From a virus (lineage: Duplodnaviria > Heunggongvirae > Uroviricota > Caudoviricetes): a DNA stretch of 9,840 nt. The translations under genes were made by a program, and so were the position numbers. The number at the start of each line of letters is the position of its first letter. Position 1 is the stretch's first letter. This document shows positions 1 to 6,693 of this stretch, piece by piece. The notes beneath the pieces are model-generated. The model searched no databases. It was not told where the DNA came from and saw only the letters and a program-made list of their open reading frames with translations. The stretch is taken from the IMG/VR virus record IMGVR_UViG_2693429623_000020; one strand, given 5' to 3'.

Positions 1-1239
1 ATGAGCAGCGCAATTCATAGACTTAGCGACACTCTTTTACGAAAATTAAGCGGATCACCAACCACAAAAAACGCCTTTTTTAATGACGGTGGCAATCTTA
101 GCGTAAGACATTCCACCAGCGGCCTGTTAACCTGGTATTTCACTTACAGGGCCGGAACTGGCAGGCAGGTATCACCGGAACGCCTGAGACTGGGCAACTA
201 TCCCGATCTGAGCCTGAAAGCAGCCAGGGAAAAAGCGGCACAGTGTCGCGCCTGGCTGGCGGAGGGGAAAAATCCACGCCATGAGCTTAATCACACAGTG
301 CAGGAAGCGTTAGCCCCTGTGACGGTTAAGGACGCGCTCACTTACTGGCTTGAGTCGTATGCGAAGGAAAAGCGCACTGACCACGAATCACTGAAAAGCC
401 GTATCAATAAGCACATAATCAGCCAGATTGGTGCTATGCCGCTGGATAAATGCGAGCTACGCCACTGGCTGGCCTGTTTTGACCAGCTTGCTAAGCGTAA
501 TCCGGTATCAGCCGGCTTTTTGTTGCAGGTATGCAAACAGGCGCTTAAGTACTGCCGTAAACGTCGCTACGCCGTCAGTAACGTTCTTGATGATATGGTC
601 GTAGGTGATGTGGGAAAAAAAGCAGAAATAAGCGAGCGAGTGCTAACAAACAAGGAGCTTGGCGAGCTACTCCGCGCACTGGATGAAAAAATTTTCCCGC
701 CGTACTACAGCGCTTTAATTCGCCTTCTGATTGTCTTCGGATGCCGCACCACTGAGCTAAGACGCTCCGAGGTTCGGGAATGGGATTTTAAAGAAATGCT
801 CTGGACTGTGCCGAAAGAACACAGCAAAACGAAGGTAGCAATATTCAGGCCAATACCGGAAGCGATCTTGCCGTTCGTCATGAAGCTGGTGGAGCAGAAC
901 AGGCACACGGGCTTATTGCTTGGAGAACTGAAAGGGCAATCATCCGTAGCAGAGTACGGAAGAACGGCACACAGACGCATTAATCAAACCCCCTGGTCGT
1001 TGCACGACATCCGGCACACATTTACAACCATGCTGAACGATTTAGGCGTGGATCCGCATATTGTCGAACAGCTTACTGCCCACCAGATGCCAGGAATGCA
1101 ACGCGTCTATAACCACTCCCGTTATCTCGATGCAAAGCGTGACGCTCTTAATCTATGGGTAGACCGTCTCGAGCTTCTCCAGAACAATGATGAAAAAATC
1201 GTTGTTATGACCCCGCGAATTTACCCCCAAAATTCTTGA
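1..1239 (+). CDS. int: Tyrosine recombinase / site-specific integrase, P4-type (412 aa)
   Basis: N-terminus LSDT..K.....DGGNL.....SG...W.F.YR fits the P4-type integrase N-terminal domain; C-terminal region has HDIRHTF and RVYNHSRY consistent with the His/Arg/Tyr catalytic residues. ATG at position 1, stop at 1237-1239. Confidence 0.9.
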   Translation: MSSAIHRLSDTLLRKLSGSPTTKNAFFNDGGNLSVRHSTSGLLTWYFTYRAGTGRQVSPERLRLGNYPDLSLKAAREKAAQCRAWLAEGKNPRHELNHTVQEALAPVTVKDALTYWLESYAKEKRTDHESLKSRINKHIISQIGAMPLDKCELRHWLACFDQLAKRNPVSAGFLLQVCKQALKYCRKRRYAVSNVLDDMVVGDVGKKAEISERVLTNKELGELLRALDEKIFPPYYSALIRLLIVFGCRTTELRRSEVREWDFKEMLWTVPKEHSKTKVAIFRPIPEAILPFVMKLVEQNRHTGLLLGELKGQSSVAEYGRTAHRRINQTPWSLHDIRHTFTTMLNDLGVDPHIVEQLTAHQMPGMQRVYNHSRYLDAKRDALNLWVDRLELLQNNDEKIVVMTPRIYPQNS

Positions 1240-1245
1240 CAAATT

Positions 1246-1317
1246 ACGGCTGTTTTTTCTTTAAGAGATTACAGCCGTGAATAAATCGTAGAATATCGGA
1301 AAATATCTGCAAATATC
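1246..1317. promoter_or_regulatory. int-alpA intergenic regulatory cluster: 8-bp inverted repeat ACGGCTGT/ACAGCCGT (1246-1253 / 1271-1278) plus three AATATC direct repeats at 10-bp phasing (1292-1297, 1302-1307, 1312-1317)
   Basis: Repeats read directly from the sequence. The 10-bp spacing puts the repeats on one face of the helix, typical of recombination-directionality or regulator binding sites. No protein assignment is possible. Confidence 0.35.
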
Positions 1318-1656
1318 TTCGCTTTATATATGTCAACCATCAAAAAATTGGAATGTCTTCTTCTGAACTTTTATTCTCTGTTTCTTGATTGTTCCAACAC
1401 CTGATGGTTTATCTATTTGTTTTTAATGAGATAATTCAAGCGTAATGCCAAATAACGACATTTTTTGTTGCATCGATTAAAAACTCGTGACACGATTTTA
1501 AACACTAACGAGCTTCTACGAACCTTAGCGAACAAAGCCTTTAGCATGGTTGTGTTTTTAATTTAATAGGTGAAAAAGAATCTAAGTAATATCCGATCTC
1601 ATATATCTACAGCTAAGAGAAAAGTTTATATACGTAATTTTTATGTAGGTTTTTGT

Positions 1657-1866
1657 ATGCGTGAAATAAATGAAGATCGCGTAATCCGTGAGGATGAATG
1701 TCGTAAGTTAACTGGAGTGTGTCGCACTACACGCTACGAACTGGAGAAAAAAGGGAGCTTTCCGTCTCGCCGTAATCTTGGTGGGCGTTCTGTAGGTTGG
1801 CTGCTGTCCGAGGTTATGGAATGGGTTAAAAGCCGGGATCGCATTAATTCAGGTAAGGCAGCGTAA
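1657..1866 (+). CDS. alpA: AlpA-family phage regulatory protein (excisionase-like HTH), 69 aa
   Basis: Translation MREINEDRVIREDECRKLTGVCRTTRYELEKKGSFPSRRNLGGRSVGWLLSEVMEWVKSR follows the AlpA pattern (TG..R.T.Y......FP....LG.+SVGW...E...W). Start chosen at the internal ATG 1657 (AGG 7 nt upstream) rather than the ORF-track start 1570. Confidence 0.8.
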   Translation: MREINEDRVIREDECRKLTGVCRTTRYELEKKGSFPSRRNLGGRSVGWLLSEVMEWVKSRDRINSGKAA

Positions 1867-1883
1867 AGGGGAGCATATGACAT

Positions 1884-1913
1884 ATAAAACAAAGGCGACC
1901 GGGGGCGGTCGCC
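1884..1913 (-). terminator. Rho-independent terminator for the minus-strand operon
   Basis: Hairpin GGCGACCG-GGGG-CGGTCGCC (1894-1913); on the minus strand it is followed by TTTGTTTTAT. No U-run on the + strand. Confidence 0.55.
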
Positions 1914-1980
1914 AATGGATACACACTAAACTTGAACGCATCACCAACAATGCCACATTTGCGGCTGGTGGGCAATGTGA

Positions 1981-2160
1981 TCAGTCAGATTTGGTTCGTT
2001 CCAAGGTTTGCAACGAGAGCTTTTTCCTGTGCTCTTTAAGGAATTTCTCAAGAGCAAACGAACAAGGTGCGAATCTTTCTGATTCATGTTCATGCGCTAT
2101 ATTTTTGCGTCGTCTCTTACGAGTTGGTGATGGTGTTTTGGTTGATTCTGTGTCGCTCAT
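1981..2160 (-). CDS. Small basic hypothetical protein (59 aa), second gene of the divergent operon
   Basis: Minus-strand ORF below the ORF-track size cutoff, hand-translated as MSDTESTKTPSPTRKRRRKNIAHEHESERFAPCSFALEKFLKEHRKKLSLQTLERTKSD. AGGA lies 8-11 nt upstream of the ATG at 2160. It sits between the RHH gene and the minus-strand terminator. Confidence 0.4.
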   Translation of the reverse strand: MSDTESTKTPSPTRKRRRKNIAHEHESERFAPCSFALEKFLKEHRKKLSLQTLERTKSD

Positions 2161-2217
2161 GGTGCTGTCCTGTAAAGCAATGCGCCTGCGTTCCTCAAAC
2201 TATGGCGCTGATAGTGG

Positions 2218-2523
2218 CTATTCCTGCTCTTTGACCTTGCGTCGCTGGAGTTCTTCACGCGCGACGGTGACGAGTTGCCCGATCTCCTCGGCGGCTTTGA
2301 CTCCGATTTTTTCCACCTGCGCTAGGGCATCGAGCGAAGAAACCAGGAGGTTTTCTCCGCTTCCTTCTGCCTGGCGGCGGGCGATTTCACCGCGCATGGC
2401 GGTTACTATGAATCCGGCGTTGCTTTCACCGTCCAGTTTTACGGATTCCATGCCTTCAATAACATCATGCGGGATCCGAGCTGTCAGTGATTGTGATTTT
2501 GCGTTTTTTGAACCTGTAGCCAT
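2218..2523 (-). CDS. Ribbon-helix-helix (CopG/Arc/MetJ-like) putative transcriptional regulator, 101 aa
   Basis: N-terminal segment SLTARIPHDVIEGMESVKLDGESNAGFIVTAMRGEIARRQ has the strand-helix-helix pattern of RHH DNA-binding domains, followed by a charged helical tail. Start placed at the ATG at 2523 (GAGAGGA RBS 7 nt upstream) instead of the ORF-track start 2538. Divergent from the rightward genes. Confidence 0.6.
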   Translation of the reverse strand: MATGSKNAKSQSLTARIPHDVIEGMESVKLDGESNAGFIVTAMRGEIARRQAEGSGENLLVSSLDALAQVEKIGVKAAEEIGQLVTVAREELQRRKVKEQE

Positions 2524-2544
2524 CTGTAATCCTCTCAATGAAAG

Positions 2545-2621
2545 TGTAAGACAATATACACATAAAAAGTCTTACATAAAAGCATTGACATGTAAGCCAC
2601 CTATAAATAAAGTTACTTACA
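2545..2621. promoter_or_regulatory. Divergent promoter/operator region with four TGTAAG half-sites in two inverted pairs
   Basis: TGTAAG at 2545-2550 and 2591-2596; CTTACA at 2571-2576 and 2616-2621. TTGACA (2585-2590) and a -10-like TAAAGT (2608-2613) at 17-bp spacing lie between them. Sits between the divergent RHH gene and the rightward Icd-like gene. Confidence 0.45.
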
Positions 2622-2719
2622 CCTTGTTAATGCAAGGTGCAGAAACGACGAAACCCCGCACTGTAGGAGCAGTAACGGGGCTTCTAACCACCAACGATAG
2701 CAAGATTATCGAGGCAGCT

Positions 2720-2923
2720 ATGAGAAATCATACCATACACCCGCAAGGGCGGGACTCGTACAACCTGAATAAATACATCTGGCGTTTTATCGCCCTGAGC
2801 ACCGCACAACCGCGCGTGATTCACATCGTGGCCACCAGCGAACAGGAAGCACGCCAGCAATCCCCGGCTGGCTGCGTGATGGTATTCGCCGCCCGTATTC
2901 GTCAGGGGGTGTGCCATGCCTGA
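2720..2923 (+). CDS. Small protein resembling the host cell division inhibitor Icd-like family (67 aa)
   Basis: Only the 3' end of the 348-aa ORF-track entry is taken as coding, starting at the ATG at 2720 (GAGG 5 nt upstream). The pattern YIWRFIAL...ATSEQEARQQ....VMVFAARI resembles Icd-like small proteins of enterobacterial satellite prophages as I recall them; not verified by search. Confidence 0.45.
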   Translation: MRNHTIHPQGRDSYNLNKYIWRFIALSTAQPRVIHIVATSEQEARQQSPAGCVMVFAARIRQGVCHA

Positions 2924-3236
2924 TATGTCAAATTACCAGTACCTGATTAATCCGCATTTTAACTGTGAGCATGATATTGCTAAAAAGGTTTATTCCGCTG
3001 CGGATGGGGCTACTGACAATATATCAATGGCTGTTGCGTCAATTGGTAGCCTGATGTGGCATGCGTCAGAAAATGAGGACTATGACGAAAAGGCCATGCG
3101 CATTGATATGGGTAATATCGGTTTGTTACTGGCAATGCTTGGACATTTTGATATTTCGTTACGGTGCACCATTGAAAATGCCACAGATGCATTAAATGCT
3201 ATAAAGAAAGCGAATACTGATTCAAATCGGGGATAA
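2916..3236 (+). CDS. Hypothetical protein (106 aa)
   Basis: ORF with AGGGGG RBS; overlaps the preceding stop by 8 nt (translational coupling). No recognisable motif. Confidence 0.55.
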   Translation: MPDMSNYQYLINPHFNCEHDIAKKVYSAADGATDNISMAVASIGSLMWHASENEDYDEKAMRIDMGNIGLLLAMLGHFDISLRCTIENATDALNAIKKANTDSNRG

Positions 3237-3242
3237 ATAATC

Positions 3243-3542
3243 ATGAGAACGTATTTATCTGGCTTGACTGCCAGCGGTTATGCACACCCCCAAATTATCC
3301 CCGGCGCTATTTATCTTGATAAGAACGGTAACAGAGTAACGGTAAAAGAACTGATGTTTGACCGTGTGTATTTTATTCGTGATGGCTATTCATTTCATAG
3401 TTCGCTGAACGTGGAGATCTTTATTAGCAGATTCAGGCGGGAAATCCCGCTTTCCAGAAATAACCATGTGTCACGTGTGGATGTGGATAAAAAACTACAG
3501 GAACTGAAAAACATGATTGCCGCGTGGAGAGAGCAGAAATGA
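3243..3542 (+). CDS. Hypothetical protein (99 aa), translationally coupled to the replication gene
   Basis: ORF whose stop overlaps the start of the next gene (ATGA at 3539-3542). No recognisable motif. Confidence 0.55.
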   Translation: MRTYLSGLTASGYAHPQIIPGAIYLDKNGNRVTVKELMFDRVYFIRDGYSFHSSLNVEIFISRFRREIPLSRNNHVSRVDVDKKLQELKNMIAAWREQK

Positions 3543-5356
3543 AAAAAGCGCCAAATTTAAAACACCAGCCGCGTGACAAAATGACGGAAGTCATCATTTT
3601 TGCGGGTAGTGATGCGTGGGCACATGCGAAACAGTGGCAGGAACAGGACGGGCGACTGGCTGGCGATAACGTGCCACCTGTCTGGCTTGGAGAGCAACAA
3701 CTTGTCGAACTGGACAACCTGCAAATCGTACCGGACGGACGCTATCGCGTGCGTCTCTATCAGGCGGGGTTATTGCGTCCGGGGCTTGTTAATACCATCG
3801 GGCAGAAACTGGCAGAGGCAGGTGTCAGGGATGCTGATTATTACCCTGAAGGAATGCACAGCCAGAAACGGGAGAACTGGCGTGAATATCTGGAACGTGA
3901 ACGGGCAGAGCTGGCGGAAAAGAAAAAGGTAGTTGAACTGCCTGTAAAGAAAAAAGAGCGGGTAAAAGACGATAACGCTTCATCACTGGCGCTTAACCAG
4001 ATGGGAGCAAGTCAACGCGGCGAAGTTCTCCTGGCACATTATGGCGGTGAACTGGCGATTCATGCTGACTCTGACACTGTTCACCATTACAACGGCATTG
4101 TATGGGAGCCAGTACAGGATAAAGAATTACAGCGAGCTATGGCGCAGATTTTCATTGATGCGGAGATCAGCTATTCGCAGAACGCCATTAAATCGGCGGT
4201 CGATACCATGAAGTTAAGTTTGCCTGTTATGGGGAATACAGCCCGTAACCTGATTGGATTCAGTAACGGGGTATTTGATACCAGAACAGGTAATTTTCGG
4301 GAGCATAACAAAAACGACTGGTTGTTAATTGCCAGTGAATTACCTTTCAGCCCACCAGCAGAGGGGGAAACGCTGGCAACACATGCGCCGAATTTCTGGA
4401 AGTGGTTACGCCGTTCGGTGGCTGAGAATGACCGCAAGGCGGATCGCGTACTGGCTGCATTATTCATGGTGCTGGCGAACCGGTACGACTGGCAGTTATT
4501 CATTGAGGTAACAGGTCCAGGGGGAAGTGGTAAAAGCGTGATGGCGGAGATTTGCACCATGCTGGCGGGTAAGGCCAACACAGTATCGGCAAGCATGAAG
4601 GCGCTGGAAGATGCAAGGGAACGCGCGTTAGTGGTTGGCTTTTCGCTGATTATCATGCCGGATATGACCCGCTACGCTGGTGATGGGGCAGGAATTAAGG
4701 CCATTACAGGCGGTGACAAGGTGGCAATTGACCCGAAACACAAAGCCCCCTACTCAACGCGTATTCCGGCAGTAGTGCTGGCGGTTAACAATAACGCCAT
4801 GTCATTCAGTGACCGCAGCGGGGGGATCTCACGTCGTCGGGTGATATTCAATTTTTCGGAAGTTGTACCGGAGAACGAACGCGATTCAATGCTGGCGGAA
4901 AAAATAGAAGGTGAGCTGGCGGTAGTGATTCGTCATCTGCTTACACGGTTTGCTGACCAGGACGAAGCCAGACGCCTTTTATATGAGCAGCAGAAATCAG
5001 AAGAAGCACTCGCGATAAAGCGTGAAGGTGATTCGCTGGTGGACTTCTGCGGCTATCTCATGGCGTCGGTAATGTGTGATGGCCTGTTAGTGGGTAATGC
5101 TGAAATTGTGCCATTCAGCCCGCGCAGGTATCTCTATCATGCCTATCTGGCTTATATGAAGGCACATGGGTTTGGTAAACCTGTAACACTGACGCGCTTC
5201 GGTAAAGATATGCCGGGGGCAATGGCGGAATATGGCAGGGAGTATATGAAACGGAAAACGAAGCACGGTTTGCGTTCAAACGTGACACTGACGGAGGAAT
5301 CAGAAGACTGGATGCCATCATGTGTATCGGTCACTAATGACGATAGCAAAAATTAA
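3539..5356 (+). CDS. Replication initiator, P4-alpha-like C-terminal region (D5_N-like plus SF3 helicase P-loop NTPase), 605 aa
   Basis: Walker A motif EVTGPGGSGKS; the surrounding NGVFD..TG...EH and FW.WL.R context is typical of the phage/plasmid primase P4-family C-terminal domain. Start set at the ATG at 3539 (ATGA overlap, GGAGAG RBS) rather than the track start 3524. A canonical primase domain is not obvious in the N-terminal 250 aa. Confidence 0.85.
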   Translation: MKKAPNLKHQPRDKMTEVIIFAGSDAWAHAKQWQEQDGRLAGDNVPPVWLGEQQLVELDNLQIVPDGRYRVRLYQAGLLRPGLVNTIGQKLAEAGVRDADYYPEGMHSQKRENWREYLERERAELAEKKKVVELPVKKKERVKDDNASSLALNQMGASQRGEVLLAHYGGELAIHADSDTVHHYNGIVWEPVQDKELQRAMAQIFIDAEISYSQNAIKSAVDTMKLSLPVMGNTARNLIGFSNGVFDTRTGNFREHNKNDWLLIASELPFSPPAEGETLATHAPNFWKWLRRSVAENDRKADRVLAALFMVLANRYDWQLFIEVTGPGGSGKSVMAEICTMLAGKANTVSASMKALEDARERALVVGFSLIIMPDMTRYAGDGAGIKAITGGDKVAIDPKHKAPYSTRIPAVVLAVNNNAMSFSDRSGGISRRRVIFNFSEVVPENERDSMLAEKIEGELAVVIRHLLTRFADQDEARRLLYEQQKSEEALAIKREGDSLVDFCGYLMASVMCDGLLVGNAEIVPFSPRRYLYHAYLAYMKAHGFGKPVTLTRFGKDMPGAMAEYGREYMKRKTKHGLRSNVTLTEESEDWMPSCVSVTNDDSKN

Positions 5357-5369
5357 ACTTATGGAATAA

Positions 5370-5592
5370 CTGTTCACCACTGTTCACCCTGTCATAAATA
5401 TCTTTTGTATCAGTATGTTATAGGGTGAACAGTTATTTATGAACTGTTCACCAAACTATTCACTGTTCACCTTTTTGATTGTTTATTGAGCTTCAAGGGT
5501 GAACAGTGGTGAACAGTTGGTGAATAGTTTTTGTGAAACTGTTCACCCCTTAACATTATGAATTAAAAGATAAAATATCAAAAGGTGAACAG
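5370..5592. repeat. Replication origin: at least nine 9-bp iterons CTGTTCACC / GGTGAACAG in both orientations in an AT-rich background
   Basis: CTGTTCACC at 5370, 5380, 5444, 5463, 5539; GGTGAACAG at 5424, 5498, 5508, 5584; degenerate copies near 5454 and 5518. The core TGTTCACC is the type I iteron bound by P4 alpha (from memory). Located directly after the alpha-like gene. Confidence 0.8.
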
Positions 5593-5643
5593 GTGAAGGG
5601 TTAAAACGCAAAAATTTTAATTTACTGCTGTGAGATAAAGCCT

Positions 5644-5889
5644 ATGACAGCGAAGCACACAAAAAAATCACAATCGCACGCCCTTGATTTGACGGAACAC
5701 TGGTTAAGGGTGTCGATAAAAATCATCGACCGCAACGCCGGGGAAGGATATGCGAAAGCACATCCCGAACTGATTAGCTCATTCATGACAACGGCAGCTG
5801 CAAACTTTGCCACGCTGACAGAACGGGAGATTGCCGAAGCGGAACAGGTGACAACCATCAACGTTAAAACCGGAGAGCAGACAGCATGA
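5644..5889 (+). CDS. Hypothetical protein (81 aa)
   Basis: ORF whose stop overlaps the start of the SSB-like gene (ATGA at 5886-5889). Weak RBS; no recognisable motif. Confidence 0.45.
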   Translation: MTAKHTKKSQSHALDLTEHWLRVSIKIIDRNAGEGYAKAHPELISSFMTTAAANFATLTEREIAEAEQVTTINVKTGEQTA

Positions 5890-6269
5890 CAGCACAGATA
5901 GCGGCTTACGGGCGGCTGGTGGCTGACCCGCAGTTAAAGACCACCAGCAAGGGTACACAAATGACGATGGCGAGTATGGCGGTCCCACTTCCGTGCAGCC
6001 AGGCAGATGACGGAACGGCGACGATGTGGTTATCCGTCCTGGCGTTTGGCAGACAGGCCGAAGCACTGGCAAAGCACCGCAAGGGCGAACTCCTGAGCGT
6101 GGCGGGTAACATGCAGGTGAGCCAGTGGACCGGACAGAACGGGGAGACGCGGCAGGGCTGGCAGGTTATCGCAGACAGCGTAATCAGTGCGAGAACGGCG
6201 CGACCGGGCGGCAAAAAAGGCCAACAGGCGGGAAATGATGATCCGTACGGGGATAACATACCGTTTTAA
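5886..6269 (+). CDS. ssb: Single-stranded DNA-binding protein-like (OB fold with SSB-type acidic C-terminal tip), 127 aa
   Basis: Ends in DDPYGDNIPF (E. coli SSB ends DDDIPF). The core pattern G.L..DP...W..V..FG..AE.....KG....V.G.......W....G..R matches the SSB OB fold. Confidence 0.65.
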   Translation: MTAQIAAYGRLVADPQLKTTSKGTQMTMASMAVPLPCSQADDGTATMWLSVLAFGRQAEALAKHRKGELLSVAGNMQVSQWTGQNGETRQGWQVIADSVISARTARPGGKKGQQAGNDDPYGDNIPF

Positions 6270-6284
6270 GCAACGAGTAACAGA

Positions 6285-6307
6285 AGCCGGAGCAATCCGG
6301 CTTTTTT
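6285..6307 (+). terminator. Rho-independent terminator after the SSB-like gene
   Basis: Hairpin AGCCGGA-GCAA-TCCGGCT followed by TTTTTT. Confidence 0.7.
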
Positions 6308-6309
6308 AT

Positions 6310-6381
6310 GGGTCCTCCCGGTGTAGTGACCTGCCACGGGGCGGGAGCGTCGCGGAAAAAGGCTGGTTTTTGCATTTTCAT
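6310..6381 (+). other. cos-like element, copy A (lambda cosQ-cosN-like), upstream of the capsid module
   Basis: GGGTCCTCCCGGTG...CCACG GGGCGGGAGCGT CGCGG...TTTTCAT. Lambda's right end/left end junction as I recall it is TTTACGGGTCCTTTCCGGTG...GTTACG | GGGCGGCGACCT | CGCGGGTTTTCGC. 66/72 identical to copy B. Putative 12-nt cohesive end at 6339-6350. Confidence 0.55.
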
Positions 6382-6427
6382 GGCGGCGGCAGCATGTGTA
6401 GTAATTTATTGATAATTAAAAGTTATT

Positions 6428-6525
6428 TCTGTTTTCACCTGTACAATATTTTTTTCTCCCTGTCATTAGACCAGTTTGCAATTAATTGAAATATATAAAT
6501 AAATCTGTTTTTCACCTGCCAGGTG
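6428..6525. promoter_or_regulatory. Capsid-operon leader motifs: two CTGTTTT(T)CACCTG iteron-like repeats and a 13-bp palindrome CACCTGCCAGGTG
   Basis: TCTGTTTTCACCTG at 6428-6441 and TCTGTTTTTCACCTG at 6504-6518; palindrome at 6513-6525. The motifs resemble the ori iteron CTGTTCACC with a T-insertion. Confidence 0.35.
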
Positions 6526-6568
6526 GAGTTGCCTGTGTCAAAACGTGTTCAGATGGCGGGATATTTAT

Positions 6569-6591
6569 GCCGGATTTTATCCGGCTTTTTT
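6569..6591 (+). terminator. Intrinsic terminator-like hairpin inside the capsid-operon leader
   Basis: GCCGGA-TTTTA-TCCGGC followed by TTTTTT; about 100 bp upstream of the capsid-operon start. Confidence 0.5.
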
Positions 6592-6693
6592 GTGTCTGAA
6601 TCTCATTAATCTATTTTTATGATAGAAATATGTTTATCTACCACTTTTATCGATCAATAATGTGCACAGTTTAGTCAGTAAGAGGAAGTTACT

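Noticed and set aside
342-980. Minus-strand ORFs 342-536 and 705-980 inside the integrase gene
   Set aside because: Entirely antisense to a clearly conserved integrase, with no RBS or motif; treated as frame noise.
1877-2923. 348-aa + strand ORF spanning alpA to the Icd-like gene
   Set aside because: Ser/Cys/Arg-rich low-complexity translation that is antisense to two well-formed minus-strand genes with good RBSs. Only its last 67 codons (2720-2923), which have their own RBS, look like a real gene.
3010-5349. Internal and antisense ORFs within the small genes and replicase (3010-3192, 3433-3717, 3600-3932, 4171-4656, 4329-4511, 5115-5349)
   Set aside because: All overlap stronger, translationally coupled + strand genes and have atypical compositions; no independent support.
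5370-5592. Possible CRISPR array, given the short repeats
   Set aside because: Repeats are 9 bp, irregularly spaced and in both orientations with no uniform spacers; this is an iteron origin.
5622-6259. ORFs overlapping or antisense to the 81-aa and SSB-like genes (5622-5861, 5779-6072, 5906-6259, 6030-6224)
   Set aside because: Overlap the SSB-like gene, whose conserved C-terminal tip motif makes it the real reading frame.
6184-6489. ORFs 6184-6381 (-) and 6187-6489 (+) covering cos-like copy A
   Set aside because: The matching minus-strand reading frame across copy B is different, so the conservation of the 72-bp element is not protein-coding.
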